Positions 37,044-47,303 of a stretch of DNA of 64,000 bases are shown in pieces. Source of the stretch: Spirochaetia bacterium (GTDB lineage Bacteria; Spirochaetota; Spirochaetia; SZUA-6; Bin103); assembly GCA_965203905.1 (NCBI GenBank), contig CBDBDQ010000005.1:3904001-3968000 (forward strand). The letters are read 5' to 3'. A model generated the notes under the pieces. The model saw nothing but the letters and a program-made list of their open reading frames with translations, did no database searches and had not been told where the DNA came from. The stretch's first letter is position 1. Every line of letters begins with the position of its first letter. A program made the position numbers and the translations under genes.

Positions 37044-38849
37044 ATGTCCCGGCCCAACGTCATCTCCATCCTCACCGACGACCAGGGGTACGGCGATCTG
37101 TCCTACACCGGCAACCCGGTGCTGCGGACACCGGCGCTGGACCGACTGCAGGCCGAGAGCGTGCGCTTTACCGACTTCCACGTCTGCCCGGTGTGTACTC
37201 CCACCCGCGGCGAGTTGATGACCGGCCGCGACGCGCTGCACAACGGCGCCACCTTCGTCTGCATGGGGCGCTCCCTGTTGCGTGCCGACCTGCCCACCGC
37301 GGCCGACATCTTCGCCGCCAACGGCTACCGCACGGGACACTTCGGCAAGTGGCACCTGGGCGACAATTACCCCTACCGGCCGCAGGACCGCGGCTTCCAG
37401 GAGACCATCTGGCACCCGAGCTGGGGCATCACCTCCGCCGCCGACTTCTTCGGCAACGACTACTTCGACGACGTCTACCGCCATCGCGACACGCTGGAGG
37501 AGTTCCGCGGCTACTGCACCGACGTGTGGTTTGAGCAGGCGACCGCCTGGATCCGGCGCTGCCGGCGCGCCGGCGACCCGTTCTTCGCCTACATCGCCAC
37601 CAACGCGCCGCACGGGCCGCTGTGGGTTCCCGACCACTACCGCGATCCCTACCGGGATGCCGTCGCCCGCGGTGACGTGACCGCCGATCACGCCAGTTTC
37701 TTCGCCATGATCGGCTGCATCGACGAGAACCTCGCACGGCTGGACTGGTTCCTGCAGCAGAACGACCTGTACGACGACACCATCCTGGTCTTCATGACCG
37801 ACAACGGCACGGCCCACGGCGAGGCGGTGTTCAACGCCGGCATGCGCGGCAGGAAGGCCTCGCTGTACGACGGCGGCCACCGGGTGCCATGTCTGTTGCG
37901 CTGGCCGGCCGGTGGCATAGGAGGCCAGCGCGAGAGCGGCGCGCTGCCGGACGCGGTGGCGACCGCCGGCGGAGTCGGTGCGGGGTCGCTCACCGGTGGC
38001 CCCTCGGCATCCGGCCGCGACGTGGCGGACCTCACCCGCGCCACCGACCTGCTGCCGACGCTGGTCGACCTGTGCGGGCTGCGGGTCGAGCCCGGGGTGG
38101 AGTTCGACGGGGTGTCGCTGGCCGGTATCGCGCGCGGAACCGAGAGCGCGCTGCCGGAACGCATGAGCGTGGTGCAGTACGGGCATCCCAACGAGCAGCC
38201 CGCATTCAGCAAGACCGGCAAGTACGTAGCCACCGTGCTGTGGGGCCGCTGGCGCCTGGTGCGCGGCAGCGAGCTGTACGACATCGCCGCCGATCCCGGC
38301 CAGGCCTGCGACGTGGCCGTGCGACATCCCGAGGTGGTGGCGCGCATGCGCGACCACTACGAGATGTGGTGGGCCGGCGTGGACGGCACCCTGGAGACTT
38401 ACCAGCGGCTTACCATCGGCGCCGCCGAGGAGAACCCGATGCGACTGAGCAGCACCGACTGGGCGTGGGCTTACTCCAACATTCAGTCCGACATCCGCTC
38501 TCCCGCGGCCTGCAGCGGCACCTGGCACGTGCACGCCGCGCACGCCGGCAACTACCGCTTCACCCTGCGCCGCTGGCCACAGGAGTCGGGCCTCGGGATC
38601 GCCGCGCCGGCACCGCCGCTTGAGGGCGTGGACGGCGGCTGGCCGGGCGGCAACGCTCTCCCGGTGGCCTCTGCCTGGCTGCGCGCCAGCGGGGCCGAGG
38701 AGACCAAGCCGGTGCCGGACGCAGCGACCGAAGTGAGCTTCTGCCTCCCCCTGCAACGCGGCCCGGCACAGATCCGGAGCTGGTGGATCGACGCCGCCGG
38801 CAACAACCTGGCCGGCGCCTTCTACCTCACCGCGGAGCGGCTCACCTGA
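37044..38849 (+). CDS. Arylsulfatase (Cys-type)
   Basis: RPNVISILTDDQGYGD, CTPTRGELMTG, GKWHLG, TDNG; GGAGG RBS. Confidence 0.92.
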   Translation: MSRPNVISILTDDQGYGDLSYTGNPVLRTPALDRLQAESVRFTDFHVCPVCTPTRGELMTGRDALHNGATFVCMGRSLLRADLPTAADIFAANGYRTGHFGKWHLGDNYPYRPQDRGFQETIWHPSWGITSAADFFGNDYFDDVYRHRDTLEEFRGYCTDVWFEQATAWIRRCRRAGDPFFAYIATNAPHGPLWVPDHYRDPYRDAVARGDVTADHASFFAMIGCIDENLARLDWFLQQNDLYDDTILVFMTDNGTAHGEAVFNAGMRGRKASLYDGGHRVPCLLRWPAGGIGGQRESGALPDAVATAGGVGAGSLTGGPSASGRDVADLTRATDLLPTLVDLCGLRVEPGVEFDGVSLAGIARGTESALPERMSVVQYGHPNEQPAFSKTGKYVATVLWGRWRLVRGSELYDIAADPGQACDVAVRHPEVVARMRDHYEMWWAGVDGTLETYQRLTIGAAEENPMRLSSTDWAWAYSNIQSDIRSPAACSGTWHVHAAHAGNYRFTLRRWPQESGLGIAAPAPPLEGVDGGWPGGNALPVASAWLRASGAEETKPVPDAATEVSFCLPLQRGPAQIRSWWIDAAGNNLAGAFYLTAERLT

Positions 38850-38916
38850 CCAGTCGGGTCGGCTGGAAGCCTCCCACGGTTGTCACGTTACCCGATGAAC
38901 GATCCACTGAGGAGTG

Positions 38917-39435
38917 CTCCTTAGAAACCAAGCATTCAGGCAGCCTCCGGAACGAGTTTGAAGCCGAGAGCGCGGGCCTGATTTCGAAGTCGCCGTTCAT
39001 GGCGTTTACGGTCCTGGCGCTGTTGCTGGAGCAGAACGTTGTCATCGTAGAGGACGTGGCGGGTCACCAGGTGGTAGATGATGCGCGCCAGCTTGTGGGC
39101 GGTGTCGGTAATCGCCTGCGGGGAGCCGACGCGGGCCCGCTTGCGGCGGAAGAAGTCACCGAGCGCGGAGTGGCTGCGGTACAGGGTCTGGGTTGCCATG
39201 CGCAGCGCCTGTGCCGCACGGTTGGCGCCGGGCCCCGTCTGAGAGCTGATCACCTTGCCGCCGGTGATCTTGTTCTGCGGACAGAGGTTCAACCAGGATG
39301 CGAACTGCGCGGCGCTCGGAAAGCGTGACAGATCGGGGCCGAGTTCGCTGAACAGCACCAGCGCGGTAGTGTCGCCGATACCGGGAATGAGGGTCAGGTC
39401 GGTGCCGAACAACCGCGTCAGGTGGGCTTTCATGT
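38917..39435 (-). mobile_element. IS110-family recombinase C-terminal fragment with probable right end
   Basis: LTLIPGIG...ELGPDLSRFPSAAQFASWLNLCP...TGGK...AHKLARIIY; N-terminal DEDD domain absent. Confidence 0.8.
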
Positions 39436-39527
39436 TGCACGACACGGTACACGGCGTACACGGACACGGCTCAGCCGCTGGACAATCGAGGCGTTATGGG
39501 CTATCGAAACTGGACGGAGGATGACGG

Positions 39528-39971
39528 ATGGAAAACGAAAAAAGGTCCACCGAGGCAGATGTAGCTCAGTTCAGCGCACCGAAGACGCTGACCGAGGCTA
39601 CCACGGTAAATCCCGATGACGTCGACTGGCTGTTCCTGAAGAAGCCGGGTGGCGTCGTCGACGTGGTGGAGTCAGGGGATAGCTGCTTCAAGATCGTGAT
39701 TCCGGGAGAAAAGGTGCAGGCCGGTATCTGGCAGGCGTTGCCCGGTGAGGTCTTCTGGATGGACCTGCACCCCGAGAGCGACGAGTTCTGGTACATCATC
39801 AAGGGTGAGTGCACCTTCTGGCTTCCCGACACCAAAGAGATGAAGACGGCCAGGCAGGGCGAGTTCTTCTACGTTCCCGCCGGTGTGCGGCACCAGTCGA
39901 TCAACCGCTCGACTGAAGAGCTGGTGCTGATTTACGCGTCCGCACCCGTGGTATCTGCCACTCATCACTAG
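39528..39971 (+). CDS. Cupin domain protein
   Basis: HPESDEFWYIIKG...FYVPAGVRHQSIN; GGAGG RBS. Confidence 0.85.
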   Translation: MENEKRSTEADVAQFSAPKTLTEATTVNPDDVDWLFLKKPGGVVDVVESGDSCFKIVIPGEKVQAGIWQALPGEVFWMDLHPESDEFWYIIKGECTFWLPDTKEMKTARQGEFFYVPAGVRHQSINRSTEELVLIYASAPVVSATHH

Positions 39972-39993
39972 GCGCGCGCCGCCGGAGGTAATC

Positions 39994-41034
39994 ATGGAAA
40001 CTCGCGGTATCTATCTGCCGGGCAACAAGGAAGCCCACGTCAAGGAGTGGACCGTTTCCGAACCGCGCGGCGACGAGGTGCTGATTCAGGTGAAGGCGGC
40101 CGCACTGTGCGCCAGCGACATGAGCATCTACAAGGGGAGTCCCCTGATACCGGGTTACCCTTCGGGAACGTTCATCGTCGGGCATGAGCCGTGTGGCGTC
40201 GTGGCCAAGACCGGCCCCGAAGTGCGGCGTGTGCACGAAGGCGACCGCGTGGCGATCATCGCGTTTACGAGCTGCGGCCATTGCGATTATTGCCAGACCG
40301 GGGAGCCGATGCTGTGTGCCGAAATGGGGGTGATCGGGTTCACCGCGCACGGCGGCGATGCCGATTACCTGGTCGTGCCCGAGCGCATGTGTCTGCCGCT
40401 GCCGGATGCCGTCAGCGACGTGGTCGGCGCCATTTCAACCGATGTCCTGGGCAACCTGTACTCCACCATGAACGAGCTTGAGTTGAGTGGTGACGATCTC
40501 GTGGCAATCGCCGGTTGCGGCCCGATGGGCCTGGCGGGCGTACTGGCCGCTGCCGCGCGCGGTGCAACGGTGGTGGCAATCGATCCCATCGACAGCAGAC
40601 TGCAGATCGCTCGCGAACTCGGTGCGGAGTATACGATCAACCCGGATAGCACCGATCCGCTGGCGGCGGTACAGGAGATCTCTTCCGGCGGGGTCGACAA
40701 GGCGGTGGACTGCTCGGCCACCAACGGGGGCATCAACACCGTCCTCGACATCACCGGGAACCATGGGGTGGTCGCCCAGATCGGCGAGCCGGGCGACAAG
40801 CCGATTTCCATCAACCCCAGCGAGCAGTTGATCAGAAAGAAGCTGACGTACCTCGGGTCGTGGTACTTCAAGCTGACCGAGTGGGACGAGATAGTCGACT
40901 TCATCCTGAAGGTCGGCAACGACAAGGCCGAACGGATCGTCTCGCACCGCTACCGGCTGGAGGAAGAGGCCGCAAGCGAGGGCTTCCGTCTGTTCAGCGA
41001 GCACAAGACCCTCAAGGTAGTCTTCACCCCCTGA
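39994..41034 (+). CDS. Zinc-dependent alcohol/polyol dehydrogenase
   Basis: CASD, GHE, CGHCDYC..C, GCGPMG. Confidence 0.92.
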   Translation: METRGIYLPGNKEAHVKEWTVSEPRGDEVLIQVKAAALCASDMSIYKGSPLIPGYPSGTFIVGHEPCGVVAKTGPEVRRVHEGDRVAIIAFTSCGHCDYCQTGEPMLCAEMGVIGFTAHGGDADYLVVPERMCLPLPDAVSDVVGAISTDVLGNLYSTMNELELSGDDLVAIAGCGPMGLAGVLAAAARGATVVAIDPIDSRLQIARELGAEYTINPDSTDPLAAVQEISSGGVDKAVDCSATNGGINTVLDITGNHGVVAQIGEPGDKPISINPSEQLIRKKLTYLGSWYFKLTEWDEIVDFILKVGNDKAERIVSHRYRLEEEAASEGFRLFSEHKTLKVVFTP

Positions 41035-41041
41035 GCGCGCA

Positions 41042-42757
41042 ATGAACCTGCACGCTTCCAATACCCGCAGAAGGCTGGATCTTGCCGGGCTCTGGCAGTT
41101 CAGCCCGGCAGCGGCGGAGTTGCCCCCCGTTGACTGGCGCGACGACCTGACGATGCTGCTGCCGGGGTGTTGGAACACGCAGAACCCCGAGTACTACTAC
41201 CAGGCCACAGCCTGGGTCAGGAAGGAGGTGTTCGTGCCCTCCGACTGGCCGGTCGCCTGCCGGCTGTTCTGCGGAATCCATGCCTGGGAGCTCGCGGTGT
41301 GGGTGAACGGCAGCCGGGCCGGCGTGCACACCGGCTACCTGTCCGCCTGGATCGATGTCGAAGTCCAGCCGGACCAACTGAACACCTTCCTGCTGCGCAT
41401 GGACGCCTCCGAGACGGACGACCGCATTGGTACCCGCTTCGACGTCAACAACCCCGGCGGCGTATTCGGCGCGCTGATCCTGGAAGCGCGGGAGGCAGTG
41501 TCGATCAACGACCTCGACGTCCGCACCGAGCTTGCCGGCGACGGCGCTCTGGTGCGGGTGAGGGCGCGGATGTCAGGTCAGGGGGACGCGTTGCGCTTGC
41601 GGGTCCTCGACCGCGGGAACGAGGTCGCGGCACACGAGACCGCAACGGCGCGCGGCACCGTGGAAGCGGCGATCACGTTGCCGGCGGCGCGGCCGTGGTC
41701 ACCGGACGCCCCCTACCTGTACACGCTCGAAGCGGAGGTCGAGGCCGCGGGTGCCGTCGATCAGGTGTCGCTCCAGTTCGGCATCCGGACCGTCGAGGTG
41801 CGGGGGACGGGTATCCATCTCAACGGAGCGCTCCAGTCGATTCGCGGAATGCTGACGTTCAACGATCATCCTGATACCTCGCGTTACCTCCCCACCCACA
41901 TCATTCTGAAGGACTTCTGGATCGCGAAACACGCCAACGTCAATGCCTGGCGCCATCACTACCCGGCATCCCAGGAGTTTCTCGAGCTGGCCGACCGCTA
42001 CGGCTTCCTGGTGATCGAAAGTGTCCCGCTGGTGTGGAACGACAACCTTCGGAAGCCGGAAATCGTACACCAAGCCAAGCAGCAGCTGCGCGAGATGATA
42101 GAGCGGGGCCGCAACCATCCCTGTATCATTGGCTGGGGGATCTGGAACGAATTGGGAGTGTTCCACGACTGGTATTCGGATGAGGAATACAAGCAGATCG
42201 TGAAGGACGTCACCAGAGAACTGCTGCACGAGGCGGAGCGGCTGGACCCGACGCGGTTCGCACTGTTCGCCACCGGTCTGATTCTCGATGAGCCGTGCCT
42301 GGAGCTGGAGGAGGCGCAGGTGCTCGGCATCAATCTGTACCCGCGGGTGTACGATCCGCACATCTGGAAGACCAGCGATCCGCTGGAGGCAGAACTGAAG
42401 AAGGGAGTCGAGGTCCTGAGCTTCGTCAGGGAAAAGTTTCCCGACAAGGCGATTCTGATGACCGAATTCGGGTGGCAGACGATTCCCGGGCTGAGAGATT
42501 TTCGTAACTGCAATTGGTCTGAGGACTACCAGGCGAAGTTCATCGCCAAGCTGGTACCCGAGATGACGCGCATCGGGGTCTGCGGGTTCATGTTCTCCTG
42601 CTACGCCGACTGGATGACGCGTCCGGTCATGAAAGCGCCAATCGAGGCCGAGCGGCCGGGCGAGTTGGGTTACTGGGGAATGTTGGATCAATACCGCAGG
42701 CCAAAGCTGGTGTACAACACGATTCGGGAACTGTACGGGGAAATGAAATCACAGTGA
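41042..42757 (+). CDS. Glycoside hydrolase family 2 (beta-glucuronidase/galactosidase-like)
   Basis: WSPDAPYLY, FGIRTVE, RHHYP, NHPCIIGWGIWNE, LMTEFG. Confidence 0.88.
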   Translation: MNLHASNTRRRLDLAGLWQFSPAAAELPPVDWRDDLTMLLPGCWNTQNPEYYYQATAWVRKEVFVPSDWPVACRLFCGIHAWELAVWVNGSRAGVHTGYLSAWIDVEVQPDQLNTFLLRMDASETDDRIGTRFDVNNPGGVFGALILEAREAVSINDLDVRTELAGDGALVRVRARMSGQGDALRLRVLDRGNEVAAHETATARGTVEAAITLPAARPWSPDAPYLYTLEAEVEAAGAVDQVSLQFGIRTVEVRGTGIHLNGALQSIRGMLTFNDHPDTSRYLPTHIILKDFWIAKHANVNAWRHHYPASQEFLELADRYGFLVIESVPLVWNDNLRKPEIVHQAKQQLREMIERGRNHPCIIGWGIWNELGVFHDWYSDEEYKQIVKDVTRELLHEAERLDPTRFALFATGLILDEPCLELEEAQVLGINLYPRVYDPHIWKTSDPLEAELKKGVEVLSFVREKFPDKAILMTEFGWQTIPGLRDFRNCNWSEDYQAKFIAKLVPEMTRIGVCGFMFSCYADWMTRPVMKAPIEAERPGELGYWGMLDQYRRPKLVYNTIRELYGEMKSQ

Positions 42758-42794
42758 TAGTTCGCGCAGCGCACGCCATACAGGAGGCTAGGCA

Positions 42795-44093
42795 ATGCTG
42801 AAGAGAATGGTTCTGTTGGGAGTGATGTGTCTGATCGTTCCCGCGTCGTTCGTGGCAGCCGCACCGGCGGGAGAGGAAGTCGAGATCCGGGCCGTTCTCT
42901 ACGGCTATCCACAGTGGTATGGGTGGCTGGATGAGTTGAAGGCGTCGTTCGAAGCCGCCAACCCGGGCGTGACCGTCAATCAGGAGTACGTTTCCACCCA
43001 GGAGATGCGGGAGAAGCTGTCGGTCGACGTTGCCGGCGGTGATCCGCCCGAGGTGGCGTCCATGGATGCGCCCGACGTGGTCGATTTCGCGAGCATGGGA
43101 CACCTCGAGAGCGTCAGCAAGTGGATTTCGGACGCGGAGTTGGACAAGTATCACGCCGCAGCGTTCGAGGGCATTACAATCGATGGCGAGTTGTTTGCCC
43201 TGCCCAGCGCGCTGTGGGTGGACTCCATCATCGTGCGACAGGACTTGATCGAGGAGGCTGGGTTCAAGGTTGAGGACATCCGCAGCTGGGATGATCTGCT
43301 CGAGGTTTCCAAGGCCACAACCATCGACAAGGATGGCGACGGTACCATCGATCAGTACGGAGGCCTGCCGTTCAATGGCAAGAGCGCGTTCGAGGTGTGG
43401 TACCGGTGGGTGGGGTTTCAGTATGGGAACAACTTCAGTCCGGTCGATCTCGAGGAACGCGAGAAGTGGCTGGAATTCCTGAACTACGTCAAGGAGAACG
43501 CCAAGTACATTCCGGAAGCCACCGTCGGATGGGAAATGTCCGATGGACGGCAGGCGTTCCTCAATGGCACGTTCGTGATGTTCCTCGGCGGGACCTGGGA
43601 GTTCGGACAGGCGGCGATTACCCATCCCGAGATGGTGGCGGCCCCCGGCCAGCTATCTACGATTCAGAACCCGCTTGGGCCGTCCGGCAAGAGTTATTGG
43701 AACTTCAGCGGTGCGCATACCTACGGCATGTTCAAGACCGATCATCAGGAGGCGGCTTGGGCGTACCTGCTTCACATTACGCAGCCTGAACGTGTCGCAC
43801 CATGGGCGTGGAACCTGGGCGTATCGGCGCGCAAGGATCTGAGCACCGAGCTGATGATCGACGAGACGGCGCGCTGGCTGGGCGACGACGCGGTACGCAA
43901 CTCAAGCTGGTACAAGAAGCTGTTCGAGCCCTTCGGGGCCGGTCTGAAGCCCAATACATTCGTCCCGCACCAAGGCGAGTACTACGATGCCTATTCACTC
44001 ATGCTTACCGAAGTGAGCTTGGGCAAAAAGACGGCAGAGGAAGCACTCGATCGCTACCTCGAGACCGCCGCCCGCCTGCTCGGAGACTCCTGA
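42795..44093 (+). CDS. Sugar ABC transporter substrate-binding protein
   Basis: Signal peptide; FEAANPGVTV; DGELFALP; DKDGDG loop. Confidence 0.88.
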   Translation: MLKRMVLLGVMCLIVPASFVAAAPAGEEVEIRAVLYGYPQWYGWLDELKASFEAANPGVTVNQEYVSTQEMREKLSVDVAGGDPPEVASMDAPDVVDFASMGHLESVSKWISDAELDKYHAAAFEGITIDGELFALPSALWVDSIIVRQDLIEEAGFKVEDIRSWDDLLEVSKATTIDKDGDGTIDQYGGLPFNGKSAFEVWYRWVGFQYGNNFSPVDLEEREKWLEFLNYVKENAKYIPEATVGWEMSDGRQAFLNGTFVMFLGGTWEFGQAAITHPEMVAAPGQLSTIQNPLGPSGKSYWNFSGAHTYGMFKTDHQEAAWAYLLHITQPERVAPWAWNLGVSARKDLSTELMIDETARWLGDDAVRNSSWYKKLFEPFGAGLKPNTFVPHQGEYYDAYSLMLTEVSLGKKTAEEALDRYLETAARLLGDS

Positions 44094-44114
44094 AAGAGTC
44101 GGAAGCGCATGTGA

Positions 44115-44230
44115 GTCAGCACGGTCACTCCGTGGTACGGAGACCATGAGAGTGGCGCGTGGGCCAGTGCACGGTGGCCGCCATTTTTGGGTCAGTACGC
44201 AAGGCCACTCCGTGGCGCCATAGACCATGA
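44115..44230 (+). repeat. Degenerate intergenic direct repeat with hairpins
   Basis: GTCAG..GGYCACTCCGTGG..AGACCATGA at 44115-44149 and 44191-44230; the first copy folds (CTCCGT/ACGGAG). Confidence 0.55.
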
Positions 44231-44332
44231 AAACGGGTGCACTAGGTTCGTCTGCTGGACATGGTTTTCGGACTAGTCACCTCGGAGCCGTGTTGCGGGG
44301 GCTCCCCGGGCGGCCCCCGTGACCAGCTAGTG

Positions 44333-45223
44333 ATGACCGGGTCCCGCCGGCGCCATTACACGCCGTATCTCCTCATTACGCCCGCCCTGTTGCTGCTCAC
44401 CACGGTACTGCTGCTCCCGTTGGCGAGCGGCGTGACGGCCAGCCTGACCGATCTGGGCCTGCTGGCCGGCTGGCAAAGAGCCCAGTTCGTGGGACTCGCA
44501 AACTACCGGAAACTGGCGCAGGACCCGTTGTTCTGGAACTCGCTCCTGAGGACCGTCTTCTGGGTTGGCTCGGTCGTCGCCGGGCAACTTGGCGTCGGCT
44601 TCGTCGCGGCGCTCCTGATGCACCGCGAGTTCCGGTTTCGCTTGGTCGCGCGCACGCTGATGCTCATTCCATGGGTCACCCCCAGTCTTACGGCGGTACT
44701 CACGTGGCGCTGGATGTTCAACAGCGAGTTCGGGTTCGTGAATTATTACCTGGGGGTCCTCGGATTCCAACGTCTTGAGGAATTGAGCTGGTTCACCAAT
44801 ACGTGGACCGTTTGGCCGGTCATGATAACCGCGGCGGTCTGGAAGGGATTCCCCTTCTTCTACGTCAACATCCTCGCCGGATTGCAGATAATCTCCGACG
44901 AGCTGTTCGACGCCGCGAGGATCGACGGGGTCCGTCCGATGCAGACGTTTCGTTACATCATCGTTCCGTCGATCAGGCACGTGCTCACGGTCGCGACGCT
45001 ACTCGCGATCATCTGGACCTGGAATGACTTCGCCTGGATATGGGCGTTCACCGAGGGCGGGCCTGCCAACGCGACCATGGTGTTGTCTCCTCTTGTATAC
45101 GTGTTTTCCTTTCACTACTACAAGCTGGGATACTCCGCCGCGGTCGCCGTTGTGGCGGCGATCGTCATGATCTGCTTGGCGGCCTACTACATCCGTCACC
45201 TCAACCGCACGGAGACGGCATGA
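44333..45223 (+). CDS. Carbohydrate ABC permease
   Basis: LAGLQIISDELFDAARIDG. Confidence 0.9.
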   Translation: MTGSRRRHYTPYLLITPALLLLTTVLLLPLASGVTASLTDLGLLAGWQRAQFVGLANYRKLAQDPLFWNSLLRTVFWVGSVVAGQLGVGFVAALLMHREFRFRLVARTLMLIPWVTPSLTAVLTWRWMFNSEFGFVNYYLGVLGFQRLEELSWFTNTWTVWPVMITAAVWKGFPFFYVNILAGLQIISDELFDAARIDGVRPMQTFRYIIVPSIRHVLTVATLLAIIWTWNDFAWIWAFTEGGPANATMVLSPLVYVFSFHYYKLGYSAAVAVVAAIVMICLAAYYIRHLNRTETA

Positions 45224-46062
45224 ACAGCACCACTTCACGCTTGGGAAGGGCCACACTCGCCGTGCTGACAATCGGCCTCTGCGTCTTCGTGCTGGTGCCG
45301 TTTGCATGGATGGTGTCAACGTCGCTCAAGCCGATCGCGGACACCCATTCGTATCCGCCGCGCTGGATTCCGGAACGAGTGAGCCTGCAAGGCTATGGCT
45401 GGGTGTTCAACGAGTCGCGTCTCGGCCGCAACTTCCGCAATTCGATTGTCGTTTCGTCATCCAGCGCCGTCCTCGTGTTACCGGTCGCATTTCTGGCAGC
45501 GTTCGCGTTCTCGCGCTTCCGTTTCCGCGGCCGGCGTGTCGCGGAGACGACGATCGTCTTTTCGCAGCTCTTTCCTCAGGTGCTGCTCATCATTCCGCTA
45601 TTCGTCATTCTCCGCGTGCTGAGGTTGATCGACACGTACGCCGGTTTGACGCTGGCGTTCATGACGTTCACGTTACCCTTTGCGACGTTGATGCTGCGCG
45701 GGTTCGTCGATTCCATGCAGGTCGATCTGGAGGAGCAGGCGATGGTGGACGGGTGCTCCAGACTGGGTGCGTTCGTCAGGATCGAGTTGCCGCTCAGCGC
45801 GCCCGCGATCATCTCCACGCTGCTGTTCGGGTTCATCATTGCCTGGAACGACCTGCTGTACTCGCTGGTGATCACCCGCTCCATGGATACCGAGACGTTT
45901 GCGCCGGCGTTCCTGCGCCTGCACGACGCCCAGATTACGGCCGTGAACTGGCCCGGGCTGATGGCAGGGAGTGCGCTCAGCTCCATTCCGGTGTGCGTGT
46001 TGTTCGCCGTTTTCCAGCGTTACCTGGTACGTGGATTGAGTGCCGGCGCGGTAAAGGGATGA
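45220..46062 (+). CDS. Carbohydrate ABC permease
   Basis: LEEQAMVDGCS; FQRYLVRGLSAGAVKG; ATGA coupling. Confidence 0.9.
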   Translation: MNSTTSRLGRATLAVLTIGLCVFVLVPFAWMVSTSLKPIADTHSYPPRWIPERVSLQGYGWVFNESRLGRNFRNSIVVSSSSAVLVLPVAFLAAFAFSRFRFRGRRVAETTIVFSQLFPQVLLIIPLFVILRVLRLIDTYAGLTLAFMTFTLPFATLMLRGFVDSMQVDLEEQAMVDGCSRLGAFVRIELPLSAPAIISTLLFGFIIAWNDLLYSLVITRSMDTETFAPAFLRLHDAQITAVNWPGLMAGSALSSIPVCVLFAVFQRYLVRGLSAGAVKG

Positions 46063-46088
46063 GCGCCCTGGCCCGTCGGCGCCGCTGC

Positions 46089-47303
46089 TCAGTGGATGTG
46101 CACGTTGGCGTAGCTCGGCACCCAGTCCGGTACCGGGATAGGAGGCTCGCCCTCGACCCAGATCACCTTGTCCTTCGGTAGCCGGCGGTAGCTGCGCGCG
46201 TAGTAACAGGCGGCTGAGCCCACTATCACGATCTTGCCGTCGAACTCCTCCGGGTCGGGCGGGAGGTACGGATCGCGGCCGACAATGACCAGCCAGTCGT
46301 GGTCGGCGAGCTTGCCAAGCTTGTGGAGCTGGTCGAGCGCCCAGCGGGTGCGACAGCGCTCGGCGCGGCAGACCGCGCCTTCGATCACCGTGACGTTCGG
46401 GTACACCCCGGTGATGTGGTAGTCGGGCTTTCGGAACTCGCGGCGCACGCGTTCGATGGGCTCGCCAACCACGTCGATCTCGTTCCGATACATCACGCCG
46501 ACGCCCTGCTGATAGGCGATGCGGAAGTGGTCGATCTCATAAGGGTCGAACCCCATGATGCGCGCGGTGGTGGCATCCACGGCCAGCGGGTCGGCGCTGG
46601 CGGTGATCAGGTTCATGGTCAGGGGGTCGCCACCCAGCGGCCCCAGCCCTTCCATCGCCGTGATGCCGTCTATCAGGGTGAGCACCGGGTTCAGGGCACG
46701 GATCAGGTCGACCAGCTTCTGGTTGATGTCGTCGCGATGATACTTCCAGAACTTGTCGGCATCCGCGATCACGCCATGCCAGCACTTGATGCCGAGCGAG
46801 ACATCGGTGTCGTAGTGGGTCTTCATCACCGGTACGCTGATCAGCTTGTCCGCGCGCACGATGCTGCGGAACAGGCGCACGTCCCGATAGATCACCCCGT
46901 CCGGGACGGTCCGCACCTCGTATCCCTCGTCGTCGAGGCACACCACCTCCACGCCGCGCCGTTCGCAGATATCGAGCGTGCCCGTCTTCCTGAAGGCGTC
47001 CATGACGGTGAAGCCGTCCATCGTCTTGGGTACCGGGGCCCCGCCTTCTCCCACGATGATGCGGCCGGCCCCAGCCTCCTGCACCAGCTCGATCACCGCG
47101 TCGGTCACCCGCGGATCGGTGGTGAGCGGCGGCGGAGCAGGGTAGATCAGGTTCGGCTTGATCAGCACGGTCTCGCCGGGCTCGACAAAGCGGCCGATGC
47201 CCCCCAGCAGGTCCACGCTGCGGCGCACGGCGGCGCGCACGTCCTCGTCGCTTCGCACGACGCTTACCATCGACTTCCCGCTCCCATTGTGGTACTCACG
47301 CAT
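46089..47303 (-). CDS. DUF362 domain protein (putative Fe-S / LarA-like fold)
   Basis: GETVLIKPN, TTDP, PVMKTH, SLGIK, DGITAMEGLGP, DPLAVD. Confidence 0.85.
   Translation of the reverse strand: MREYHNGSGKSMVSVVRSDEDVRAAVRRSVDLLGGIGRFVEPGETVLIKPNLIYPAPPPLTTDPRVTDAVIELVQEAGAGRIIVGEGGAPVPKTMDGFTVMDAFRKTGTLDICERRGVEVVCLDDEGYEVRTVPDGVIYRDVRLFRSIVRADKLISVPVMKTHYDTDVSLGIKCWHGVIADADKFWKYHRDDINQKLVDLIRALNPVLTLIDGITAMEGLGPLGGDPLTMNLITASADPLAVDATTARIMGFDPYEIDHFRIAYQQGVGVMYRNEIDVVGEPIERVRREFRKPDYHITGVYPNVTVIEGAVCRAERCRTRWALDQLHKLGKLADHDWLVIVGRDPYLPPDPEEFDGKIVIVGSAACYYARSYRRLPKDKVIWVEGEPPIPVPDWVPSYANVHIH

Noticed and set aside
43320-43360. EF-hand-like DKDGDG loop in the solute-binding protein (also DSDNDG in 14789-16075)
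   Set aside because: A common Ca-binding loop in this family; not unusual.
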